Shown here in pieces: positions 52,405-64,000 of a stretch of DNA of 64,000 bases. Source of the stretch: Lytechinus pictus (taxonomy: Eukaryota); assembly GCF_037042905.1 (NCBI RefSeq), contig NC_087251.1:1178001-1242000 (forward strand), given 5' to 3'. The notes beneath the pieces were generated by a model. It was not told where the DNA came from, made no database searches, and saw only the letters and a program-made list of their open reading frames with translations. Every line of letters starts with the position of its first letter. Positions within the stretch are counted from its first letter, which is position 1. Made by a program: the position numbers and the translations under genes.

Positions 52405-53693
52405 CAGGGAAAAAAATAATTTTTTTTTCTCGGGGGCTCCATTTTCAATTTTTTGTAAAATTTCGGGGGCTCCATTTCTACCTTTCGGGGGCTACTTTTT
52501 GCATTTCTGGGGCTCTTTTCAAATGCTACTTTTTTGTATTTTGAGGAATACCTGTTCACTTATTAATGAATTATTGCTTATTTAATATTGTATGATTTTT
52601 TAAGTTATTTTTTTTCATGCTTAGAATCTTGGATGTGGGTGTGTGTGTTTGTGTGGGTGTGACTGTGAGTTGAATTTGGATATAAATGAATTCAATATCT
52701 AATTTCTACTCCATCTATTCCAGTACAATAAGCTGTACTTGGCCATGTTATAAAGGCCCACATACCCTAACTTTTCCTAAAGTTCTTTGAAAACGCAGAT
52801 CTCTACAAAAATTGCATTTCTCTATGGGGGAGTCTAAATTTGGTGAGAATGAACTCATTAATAACTTAAATATACATGACAATGAAGAAATAAAACTTTA
52901 TTGGCAGTTTTTAATAATATACCCGAAATGTAAACTCTGTCTGAAACAGAAAATCACCATCATTGAGGCCTTTACTGAGCGAATTGTCCCCCAGAGCTTT
53001 GGCAGAGAGACAGAGCTCAGACTGGCTAGCTAGTACACGCGCCAATGCGGGCGTGCGTGAGCCTCCCGCCGGCCTTGTAAAATAGATGGAGCTTTGTTTG
53101 ATGATTTATTGTCTGATATTTACCTCATCCCCTAGAAAAATAAAACAAATGATTTTTAAGTAATAATCAACAATTAAGGTAAGTTATTTTGGATGTTAAT
53201 AGGCCGTTTTGAAAAGCAAAGCCGAATGACAACTAACCAATGCGAGGTTACTAGACTCTGGGATTTATTTCCTGTGTAATTTGAATTATTTTATCACAGA
53301 ATTGTGATATCTGTAGGGGAAAATGTGCATTAGAAATTGCACATGGTGGTAGTAATAATGGACCCCTATACATGCAACTGTTTCCCGACCGTTGCGTTGA
53401 TTTTTTTTTTCATACCATGTGTATGGAAAAACGTAGTACAGATCAAAAGACGCAACTTCGGTATTTGAAACTGTGCTCCTCGCTACTTTCAAGGCTTGTT
53501 CATGATTTTGAGTGCGGATTTTTGATGATTTTTAAATGGTAAGCGGAGCTCGAGCATATGGCGCTCGTGGGCCGCTGAGTTGTTATTAAGATTTTATGTC
53601 GCCCCCGAAAGCATGATTTTGGGTGATTTCGAGGGCGACTTAAGGCATTTCCGGGGCGAATTCGCCCGCCGCCCCCGTGTATTTTTTTCGCTG
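52405..53693. mobile_element. Non-autonomous hAT-like element with 8-bp TSD
   Basis: CAGCAGAC|CAGGGAAAAAAATA ... TATTTTTTTCGCTG|CAGCAGAC, with subterminal CGGGGGCT and CGCCC repeats. Confidence 0.85.
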
Positions 53694-53999
53694 CAGCAGA
53701 CTATGGCATGCTACATGTATGTGGCTAATAAAAAACAAAATTCAGGGTATATCCCTTGTACTATCCTTGCTCAAAGTACTTCACTAAAAATCTTGACTTA
53801 GTTGACACATGCAACCACTTTGTTCTTGTTTGTTATAATTACATGTATATATTATGATGTGGTCAGCTTCCTGCATTCATGCATTGGTCTGGCGTACATT
53901 TTTCATGTATGGCTGGAAAATAGATATGCACACTCTGCCTTCATTTTTGTGAAAATGAGACGATGATGAAGATTATAAAGTACTTTCAGATGATTTTGT

Positions 54000-55285
54000 A
54001 GATGGTTTACTCTATTGGGAAGTTGGCTGTAAAAATCCTCTGAATCTTTCTCATTCTCCAAATAAACTGGGGAACTTTTCACAAAAAGTTTGGTCAGTGA
54101 TTTTCACTCACTTATTTGCTCCTGCAGCCAATTGGAAGTAAGGATTTCAGTAGCTTATAACAATGGTCATTTAATTATTTGTTTCTTGAAATGCAACCTG
54201 CTTCACCTATCTGGAGACTGGAGCTCTGTATACTGCCATCTTCACCATCATCCTGAGATTGGGTTTAATGTGGTCTTTAAAAACAATCCATCTAGTTTGA
54301 AGCAGACAGTAATAGCTATAGACATGGCCATTATAAGGTGTAAACAGCCATATCCATTATCTGGATCACTAGAAAGTAGTGCACCCCAAAGTTTTCATTG
54401 ATTTGCACTCTGCTTGCTGCATTAATAGTTGAAGAGATGCCCTTTTCATTCACGTCTCCATGTTTTACTTTTAGGTTTAAAATGTTCCTTCCACTTGATA
54501 ATGTGAAAGTGAATTAAAAGAATAACTATTTCATTGCTTATATAAAAGTTTCCCCTGATGTCTGCTTTCTAGACCTGAAATTCTGCTTTCTTCTCCTTTC
54601 TAAATTTCTTCACTTTGAAATTCTTCAAAAGCTCAGAAAAGACACTTAAAATTTTGAATGAGTAAAAACTGTAAAAATTCTTACCTGATTTCCCTTCCTA
54701 CGTACTCCAAAGCATGGGCGAATTCGCATTTAACTAAAGTCATATGCGCATGCAAGCAGAACGATCGAAACAACAACAGTGCACGTCACAGTACATACAT
54801 GTGCATATTGCGTGAACGAAAATGCATACCACAAACGTAGATGGCAGCAACACACTTGTTGCTGCCCTCTACATTCGTTGATGCATACATGCTACTATTA
54901 CGGGCGACCAAGCGTTCCATCACCGTAGTAACGTGATGTGCATGTGAATATTGCTTTCGCTATGCAAGGAAATTTCCAGAACGAATCGTGCACAAAGGCT
55001 GCTGGGATAGCTGCATTGCGTAAGTAGTACGTAGTGTTGTACTTATAAATTTATTGTGGGTCAAATCTGGTAAGGTGTGCGATCGCGATCGGTAGGCTGG
55101 TTTCACAGAGCTTAATTTATGCAATTCCTAGACTGGATTTTATAGACTGTATTATCAATTAGGATGCTTTTGGAACCAATTTTTATACTTTAAAACTAAG
55201 ATTTCTCACCGAATTCACTGTTTTTTTTTCAAAACTGTGTTTTTCCGCTTTCTACCCCGATTTCCGCGGAAAACTTAGGGCACTA
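54000..55285 (-). mobile_element. Possible hAT relic: 5' terminus, promoter-like segment, splice donor and degraded transposase N-terminus (CGGBP1-like group, tentative)
   Basis: The minus-strand terminus is TAGTGCCCTAAGTTTTCCGCGGAAAT, with a CAG|GTAAG donor near 54680. A broken minus-strand frame GNFYISNEI...HIIKWKEHF is only loosely reminiscent of the CGGBP1-type zinc finger. Confidence 0.35.
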
Positions 55286-58247
55286 AGGTCATGTATGTAC
55301 CTGTATATGAAAGGGGAAGGGAGAGGAAAAAGGGATGGGAGAAAATGAAAAGAGAGAAAAGGGTTTTATATAAAAGGTTAAACAGATACAGAAGGATGAA
55401 GAAAAAAAGGAAAGAAAGATTCTGTACTGTAGTCCTAATCTGTATATATTCAAGTGAAATATGTGGGGAAGTTTGAGGGGAAAGAGAGAGGGAGATCTTG
55501 CATGTCATAAAAACAGGCTGAAAATTTGATGAAAGAGAGAGAGAGGAGAGAAAAGTAAAGGAAAGAAAGATGGTGTCAGTGAGGGAAAGGGAGTTAGGTT
55601 ATAAAGCTTGGGGGATATATGAAGAGTGTGACCTATTTCTCCATCTGTGAATACTAAACACACCTATTCAAAGCACCTGCTATGAATACAACTCACAGCT
55701 TCATTTGATTCTACCTGCGCTGTGTGGTGAAGTATCATGATGATGGAGGAATACCAGTGTAGTGACGTCTACTCTACAACAAAATCTCACTGTATATTGA
55801 ATTCATTCAATGAATACCACTACGCTGACATTGCACTGTTTTGATTAAACTCCTTTTCAGAAGCAATGCAGGATATTTGAACTAAACTGTTTTTTCTGCA
55901 ACTGGTAGCCATGGTTACCAATGCTTGCCATGGAAATCAAGGTCAAGGCATATTACCATCTGGAAGGAATGTAGAGCAGCTTCTATCTCATTCAGTATAA
56001 AGAAAGTGATTTCATATACTTACATGTAGGCCTTTATCATGATCCCTTTCATATGTCATGATCGAAGTTATGATATTGATTATCCATTCTGTGACTTCCA
56101 TTAAAATGGGAAAATTGAAAAATGGGAAATCCACTACAAGTTTCCAGATTCTTTCCCTTTTTTCAATTCTTTATGACATTATAAGAAAAATTTACAGATA
56201 ATTCAGAATCATTTTCATGGGGGAAAAACGTTCTCGTGACTTTACTTGCAATACACTATGTGTGTGCAAAAAATGAAATGAATTGATAGACGTAGAGAAA
56301 GATCAATTGTTTCTGAATTTATGACTGTTGCAAAGTCAAATTGCACTAACAGAAAATCTAATACATTGTGTCAGACAGATATATGTACTACTACATACTT
56401 GATGGATGATATATTTGGTACTTTGCTTTTGATATATGAGAAGGGAATGAATGGGATTGTTTGAGATACTTCAGTCCGAGCAGCTTTCTGTAAACATTGC
56501 AATATTTTTTTTATTACTCTTTATTAGGGCTTTCACAATACATGTAGATAGCGTGTCTATTTGACTACCATTTGGGTACAATTCTTTTTTAAACAATAAC
56601 ATTTCATATGACCAATTGTAAAAACCCTTAATGTGATTTTAAAAATTGCACCGTAGTGTGGAACAGTACTTTATGTACATTTTAGATAGCTCAATCAGAC
56701 ATGCAGATATACAACCAAGGGCTGCATTTTTAGAACAAGCATGTATACAACATTACAAGATAAGTCTGGACTGTTTACAAAGTGCTTGTGATATGAGATA
56801 CAAGACAGACATTGCATTACATGCATGCACTTATCAAGTTCCTTTCTGCATGGACCTACACCATGCTTTCTGTTGTTAACAAGATTGCACTGTACTGAGA
56901 AACGGTCTCTGGAAAGACAATACAAATAATGCACTGTATGGTTGGACATTTATGACATCTTATAACCCACAAAATTTCATGTCAAGGGTCTACATGTACA
57001 TATATTAGAAGCCAATTCGTGGGCTTCAAAAGTTGAAACTGAATGAAAATGAGTATAATTGGGCCTGAGTGGCTGAGCCTACTATTATTTTTTGGTGCCC
57101 TGATTTTTTGGTGGACACAATTGGCCCAGTGAAATAAAGAAATACAAAGTCAATAAAGAAAATCATCAAAGACTGAAAATCATCAGATTTAAGAATTACA
57201 TGCTTTCTTAGACTTTCGCTTTATATTATATTTCAAACCTTTAATCACACAAGTAGGACTTTAGAAATAAGATTACCAAGCAGGATTTCTAAATTTGTCT
57301 TGCTTTAATTTGTCAGCATGTAACATTATGATACTGATGCATGATATTTGGGCATGGCCTTTTTTTTTTTTTTTGCAACAGAGAATTGATTAATTCATGA
57401 ATATGTACCAAAATTTATACTAGATGACTTTATTATAGTTTTGAGAGGTAATTTTCTAGAGTATTCCACAATTGATCAAAGAAGCATAAAAACCATACCT
57501 TAAAATTGATTGACAATTTCAAATATATTTTTAAAATTGGGAAAAATGGGGGGGGGGGGTGACATGAAGTTGTTTTCTACAGATTTATATTGCAATTAAT
57601 TGCACCTTTGATTTAATCAAACATCTTAGTCTCCGGATGACCACCTTGATACATGTTGTCCTTTTGTTTTCCATGGATATCCAGATTTAAGCTTCAGACA
57701 AGATAATTGGTCTGACTTTTTGACATTCATCTGGAATGACAGTAATACTCAACACAGCCAAGCCAAAACACCCGCTGATTAAATTTTCAGAGCGACCAAA
57801 TTGGATTCTAGATTGAATAACAAAAAGGCTGCGTGTCTATTGCTTTGTGAACTTTTTAGTGCTCAGTTTTGATAATGTGAAAGCCAGTTGTAAATGTTCA
57901 GTAAGATGTTCATTCCTTCAGATGTATTGTTAGTATGCAATTTGTTTGGAGAGAGCATCTTTGGTTGCTGATTGGAAGTTAAAAGGTCAAGACTACAGTA
58001 CTCAACAAAAACTTAATTTGAATAAAGGGAGGGAAAAAATCAAACAAGTTTTAACACTGAACAGTTTCATAAAAATCATATTTAAAATAAGAAAGTACCA
58101 GCTAGTAACTACATGTAGTTAGCCATTAGATCATGGACCATAGTTTCATCAGACATGTAAGCTTGGAACAGCCATGCAGAGAAATCATTCTTTATGAGAC
58201 CTCATAAGCAAGAATCATTTAAAACACAAACATAAATAACAGTAACT

Positions 58248-59546
58248 GCAGAATCAAGGTTTAATCGACCCTCTCTCCAACGACGTTTCTCCCTCACTTC
58301 AGGCCTAGCCATTGTGCATCGCAGTGCGCAGATAGGTCAACTTCAACGCGGGTTTAATTGCCAAAGGTACACAATGTTGATTTTCAAAACATGTGTACAT
58401 CTTGTAGCTTTGTGAAGCAAAAGCATAGAATATACCACTGGCAGCTCGCAGTCTGGCATGAACACGAAAGTATGCCGACACAGTGACGTCATAGAATCAT
58501 GATTGAAATCAAGTCTGACGTTTATTCAACCTTTTTCAAACGTGATTCTGCAGAAACGTCTTTCGAAATGCCCCCTTTTCTGTGTTTCATATTTGTGATT
58601 TCAAACACATTTACTTTTACTTTTGACTTAACGTAACCGTGATTCTGCAGAAACGTCTTTCTAGGGGTGCGTTTATCCGCCACTTTTTTACCCTAGAATC
58701 ATGATTTGAATCATGATTCAAATCATGATTCTGCAGAATCACGATTGCGTTTAGTCGAAATTGAATATAATCATGATTAGAATCACAAACATGAAACACG
58801 AAAAAAGGGGCGTTTGGAAAGACGTTTCTGCAGAATCACGTACGAAAATGTTCGAATTAACGATATCGTGATTACAATCATGATTATATGACCTCACTGT
58901 TGTGTAAGGCTACTTTCGGTTTGACTCTTGCCAAGCTCAAGGCGCTCTATATGCTCATTGTATGTACATGACTATGTACTATGAATTCATTTCTTGTCAT
59001 GTTCAAGTTCTGTGTTGGTCATCGCATCGTCCACTACTTTTCATTTTTTGGTCATGTCTTCAACTTCAAGTTCTAGTAAATGAATTAACTGGACAGACAA
59101 TGATCTCAGTTGTTGTTGAGTATACAGTATCAATATCAAATTGGATCTACGCTGAAATTTACTTCCGAACACCATTTTGGATAAACTAACAAGATGAATA
59201 GAAGCATATGGACCCTTTATGATAGAAGTAAACAAAATGAGGTATAGACTGAATTCTGATGGAAGCAAAATAATTTTCGAGAGCCGAAACACGTGCGAAA
59301 AACTTCCTCTGTCAAACTGCGCACTAGTGATGCGCACTGGATTGGCCCGAATCTGAGGAGAAACAGCATTGGAATGAAGGTCGTCTAAACGCTGATTCTG
59401 TGATATTGTGATTCATGTTTGTGTTTTGAATCATGATTCAAATCATGATTCAAATCATGATTCTGGCTTGAGGTCGCATAAACGCAGCCTAAACATGTTT
59501 CAAATCATGATTTTAGGTTAAAAAAGTGGTGCATAAATGCACCCTT
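58248..59546. mobile_element. Two related MITE copies head-to-head (inverted partial copy ~58248-58660; full copy ~58663-59546) forming a foldback
   Basis: TIRs GGGTGCGTTTAT.CGCCACTTTTTTA and TAAAAAAGTGGTGCATAAATGCACCC, with AATCATGATT repeats. 58479-58600 is inverted relative to 58780-58900, and 58248-58335 is inverted relative to 59316-59402. Confidence 0.75.
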
Positions 59547-60303
59547 TAGTGAGCATGTACTGTTTGCTAGCTTGTGATAGTTAATTGACTCACTATAATT
59601 TTTCTAACCCCATAAAAATACCCAGCTTTAATTTAATCTTCGTTACAAATAACTGTTCTGATAGAAATAATTTGGTAGATTACATTATCCTATAGCAGGA
59701 TAATGTAAAACACAGGCCAACAAAATAGTAATTTGTCATTATTTGATGGATTTGAACCAAAATTTCATTTATACTTGTTGGATTCTTTCATTCTGAATAC
59801 ATGATGCAAGGATGACCCCCCCCCCCCCCTTTAAGTTGAGATAATTTGTCCATTAATGCAACCATGGACCTATAGGTCCATGATGCAACTTTGGAGGTCT
59901 CTTTCCGTAGATAAACAACAACAAATATTAGTAATCACTTTGTCGGCTTTAGATTTTTTTGTGTTTATTGATCATTATTTTGCAGTTCAGTCATATATGA
60001 ATACTGCCACATAAAGTTACAGGTTTAAGATGCTGTGACTTCTTGTGCATTGGTATAACGCTCAGAGATCTAATGATATAAAGTCAGGCCTTCTGTGCAA
60101 TTACAAGTCATTTGGGTGAAAGCTTATTGAAAGTAATTTGATTATAGGTCAAACTATCCCTTATAATCAACTTAACTTCATGTACTTAATCTCTCTCAAC
60201 CTTTCTCTCTTCTGCTCTTTCCTTTACTCTATTTATCCTCTCCCTATATCTGGTTCCTCTATCACCTTATCTCTATCATCTTATTTTTATATTCTTTTCT
60301 CTT

Positions 60304-60336
<33 letters not shown>

Positions 60337-60358
60337 TTGCATCTTTATATCCATACAG

Positions 60359-60570
60359 TCGGACATCAAGGAATCACAGGCCAAGCTGGTTAAACAATTG
60401 ACTGCCCAGATATCCCAATCACCGGGCCCTCCGACCCGCAAACTCCTGGGCAAGTGCATCGCTACCGTGTTTCAAGTCGGTGACACCTTGGCTCTCTATC
60501 AAACCTTAAACTTTTGTAATGACATCATTAAGAGCAAAGATGACTCTCCAAGTTATCTGCCAACTCGATT
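60359..60570 (+). CDS. HEATR5B: HEATR5B-like, next coding exon (212 nt, phase 0 to phase 2); the gene continues beyond the window
   Basis: CT-rich tract and CAG acceptor. It translates as [70 protein letters not shown](L), matching the HEATR5 [24 protein letters not shown] region. TT|GTAAGT donor. Not present in the ORF track. Confidence 0.95.
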
Positions 60571-61649
60571 GTAAGTACCAAGGGAGGATGGAGGCCTTTA
60601 TGACCGGTAGATCATTTCTCCACATCACCTTAGCTCTATTCTTGGATATTCCTTTGAATTGTGTGTTACAAAATTAAATAATATTTTCCAGGGATGTCCA
60701 TTAACTTTTTATGATGTTCTTTAGAAAGAAGTCCCTTGGAGCTCATTCCATTTCATTTGATATTCTGTCCCAAGGTCAATTGTAGTCATGCATGTATTGT
60801 CATCTGATTATAATTTGTGCTTTGTATAATGGAAATTTGTAATTGTGTAGATAGCCAAACACCTAGAGAGATTGTGTTAAATGACTGGGAGTGATTATTA
60901 AAGTTTATTTCTTTTACATGAGTTCCTTCTAGATATTGGAATGAATGTGGCAAGGAATCCATTGAAGTTTGTGCATGTAGATACTGGATTCATTGGAATA
61001 TGAGGGGGATTTTAAGGGCAGTATGGTGTAAGAATATATTGTAAAACATGCTCATGTTCATATACACGATAAATGATGATACAGAATTTATATAATTATA
61101 TCAAAATTAGATTATTGAAATTGTATGTAATTCACTCATTGTTAATCATACGAAAATATGTGCAATTTTGATGCTTTCTAGCATTTTTGGAACAAAAAGG
61201 GATAATGGTGATAAAGAAATTACAAAGTCTTCGGTATCATTAATTAAGAATGGAAAACTATTGATTTTCATTGGGGAATATTTCTTGAAATTGACCCAAG
61301 GAAGGACGGAGAGTATTAGACAATTTCCAACACAAATGATTGTTTTCATCCTACTAAAAATTTTCTCCTGTGTAAAGCGTAGCACATTAAAATAATGCTT
61401 TACAAAAGGACCTCAAGGAACCCACAGCCCTATCATTTCCAGTTCAATGCTTAAGATCATACACACTTCTTTCACGCCTTGGGGTTAAGAATGCTATTGG
61501 TTCACCATCTTGTATTATTGAGATGATGTTTTATAGATTAACATGTCTGACAGTAGTATGCTTGGTGTGATGAATCATGGGGATGGTAGTACCCAAGGCT
61601 GAATTTACCAACTTCACACATAGTTATAGTTGAGTGTGGTAGGCCTGTA

Positions 61650-62157
61650 CCCGGGGGGGGGGGGGGGGGGGGGGGGGGCACTCAGTATATAATGCATAGT
61701 GGGTATGTGCCGCGGAGGGGACCCCCATTTTTACACTCAAATTTCCGTTCCGAGGCATAGCATTTTTGTCTTATTGAGAAAAAGAACAAAGAAAGCCGCT
61801 CCAAAGCATAGCATTTTCTTCTCGAGAAAAAAGAAGAAAAAAATCCGCTCCAGGGCTTCGCATATTTTCCATTACGCCGTTCCGGTCGCGACCATCGCCT
61901 CTGCGCTAGCGCGCCCGGCAGTCGTGCCACCGGGCTAGCTGCATGCACGTTCCATGGGGATGCATACGCACTCGCACGCAGGCGACCCGTTCCAAGGACC
62001 CCCGTTTTCACAAACATTTGTAGTTCCGAAGCCCGTTCCGAGAACCCTCCTTTTTACAATAAGCCCGCTCCAAGGCCCCCGTTTTTGGTCTCGCCCGCGG
62101 CACACCCCTACCACTTTTTTGGTCGAGTGCCCCCCCCCCCCCCCCCCCCCCCCCGGG
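61650..62157. mobile_element. MITE with CCCGGG-poly(G)/poly(C) TIRs and 8-bp TSD
   Basis: GGCCTGTA|CCCG(n)CACTC ... GAGTGC(n)GGG|GGCCTGTA. Confidence 0.88.
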
Positions 62158-62343
62158 GGCCTGTATTCTTTCCTTTAAAACGTGCCATGAACACATCTGT
62201 GCATCCATTGGAGTGCCACAAACACATTTTTGTGCAATGTCATAGAGCTATTGTTATGCCTATTGCATTTTGAGGAGTGCATTGCATGCATGAGTGATTC
62301 AATTTTTTACTTCAGCTTATGGTCAAGAGGTTTAACATTAATA

Positions 62344-63149
62344 GGTGGTTTCAAACCGCCTCGATCACAAGAATCCCCGTTAAATTACGAGAACATTTAC
62401 ATGCTCAAAAATATCAGATAATTATTCACGCATTCAGACCGCCCCGAAACACACTCTTTGGGGAAATTTCTCGAAGTTATGAGCATGCGCAGTACTGTCT
62501 GGTAGCAGACGAAGAAGCGCGCGCTTTTAGTTGTACAATCGGGGGACGGCCGGGGCGGGAAATCTGCCTGCGGCCGGCGTAGCTCTAGCACGTACTAACT
62601 ATACTCGATCGTATGCGCAAATCATTTGTTCCCTTGATCATCTGCAATTGCACTAGATTTCTCTCCAGTACCGGTACCGGTAAATATCACCCTTAATTCG
62701 TAAAACTAATTTTTTAAGAAGAATCAACCGCCTAGTCAAAGTCGAACCCCGGGTCACGTCGCATGAAAAGTGTACGTATTTTTATCGCTGCATATGCACT
62801 GGCGCTGGCTTGCTGGTAGCTAGGCCTCACATCAGCTAGCCTCGCATATCCATGCATATCGAACAGTGCGGGCTATGAACCGGAAATTCACTTTTCGCGG
62901 TGATCGACGGGATACAAGTTCCCGTAGTTTGCTTTCAGATTGCCAAAATACCCACGACCTTGGAAAAATCCCCTCGAAAGTTCTCGTAATTTCGCCAAGT
63001 ACCCACTTTTTAGCAGGTATTTTCTTTCAGGGATATTACGCGTAGTTTGCTTTCACACCGCCAAAATACCTGGTATTTTCTGATCGGGGTAAATTTCCTG
63101 ATCAGAGAATACCTGGAACTGACGAACTTCGAGGCGGTCTGAAACCACC
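62344..63149. mobile_element. TA-flanked non-autonomous DNA transposon, CpG-rich (probably young)
   Basis: TA|GGTGGTTTCAAACCGCCTCGA ... TCGAGGCGGTCTGAAACCACC|TA. Confidence 0.85.
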
Positions 63150-64000
63150 TATTGTCTCAGGAGTGATTCCCTTTTTTTATAAATAAAACATTTAAATATA
63201 GACTCTTTGAAAAAAAAATGGCACTCGCTGATTACAGTGAATGGCACATTAAGAGTTTTATAAAATCCCTATAACAATGGTATTATAGTAATTACAACAA
63301 TGGTTATAATGATAATGATTACAACATCAACATAGAAAAATGTCAACAATAACAATTATAATACACAAGATTTTATACACAATTTATATCTTATTTTATA
63401 ATGCTCAAGGTGCTTCAGAGCAAATTAAAGAAAAATTACATTCAAATATTCATCCAATTTATTCAAACACGTACAAATGGCTATTACAGACAATTCATGG
63501 CAGTACATTGTATACATGTATAAGACTCTTTTGACAGAATTTTGTATATGACAGATACTGTCATATATCAACCTCTTTTACGTGTATAACAGATGATACA
63601 GGAATACATGTACATGTAATTGTTCTGTTAGTACAGGAATTTATTTTTATCCTTTTTTTCTTTTTTTACTTCTTCCTATACGTATTGAGAAATGTGTATG
63701 TACTGTACATGTACGTGACATGCACCTAGGCTAGCCATATGAATTAAGTGTAGGAATGAATTGCATTGGCTTTGTGCCAAGGAACTCTATGTGAAAATAT
63801 TCTACTAGGGCATTGAAATGAAATCCTATTTGTCTTATTCAATTATATTATTAGGTGATTATTGGCTGAGTGATTATTGGCAGGTGATTATATATGTACT
63901 ATTTCCACTATTACACCAAGGACATGTGGACATGGTGTACCTGTCACAGAGAAGTTAAGGTTTCAAATAACATTTCAGTCCAGAATATTTTTACTCTTGA

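Overview
AT-rich eukaryotic (animal) genomic DNA. The repeat landscape suggests a marine invertebrate deuterostome such as a sea urchin, but this is inference only. The only host gene I can support is the 5' part of a HEATR5 (HEATR5B-like) gene on the + strand. It has two coding exons (45669-45794 and 60359-60570) separated by a 14.6-kb intron, plus a possible CpG-rich promoter/non-coding first exon near 14.9-15.7 kb. The rest is a dense, nested transposon mosaic: CR1/L2-type and RTE LINE fragments, two decayed Gypsy LTR elements, and a SINE. It also holds Helentron-associated (HINE/DINE-1-like) elements with internal satellites and many non-autonomous DNA transposons whose TIRs and TSDs are directly readable (TA, TTAA, 4-, 5- and 8-bp TSDs). 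No rRNA, tRNA gene or true CRISPR array was seen, and most short ORFs in the track are spurious. The most unusual observations are (i) a 4.8-kb Sola2-like element carrying regularly interspaced ~41-bp palindromic repeats, (ii) a HINE satellite unit packed with nuclear-receptor half-sites, (iii) a Penelope-type minimal hammerhead-like motif, (iv) an open acidic N-terminal extension plus an overlapping uORF in HEATR5, and (v) a ~375-bp inverted duplication bracketing a Gypsy relic.
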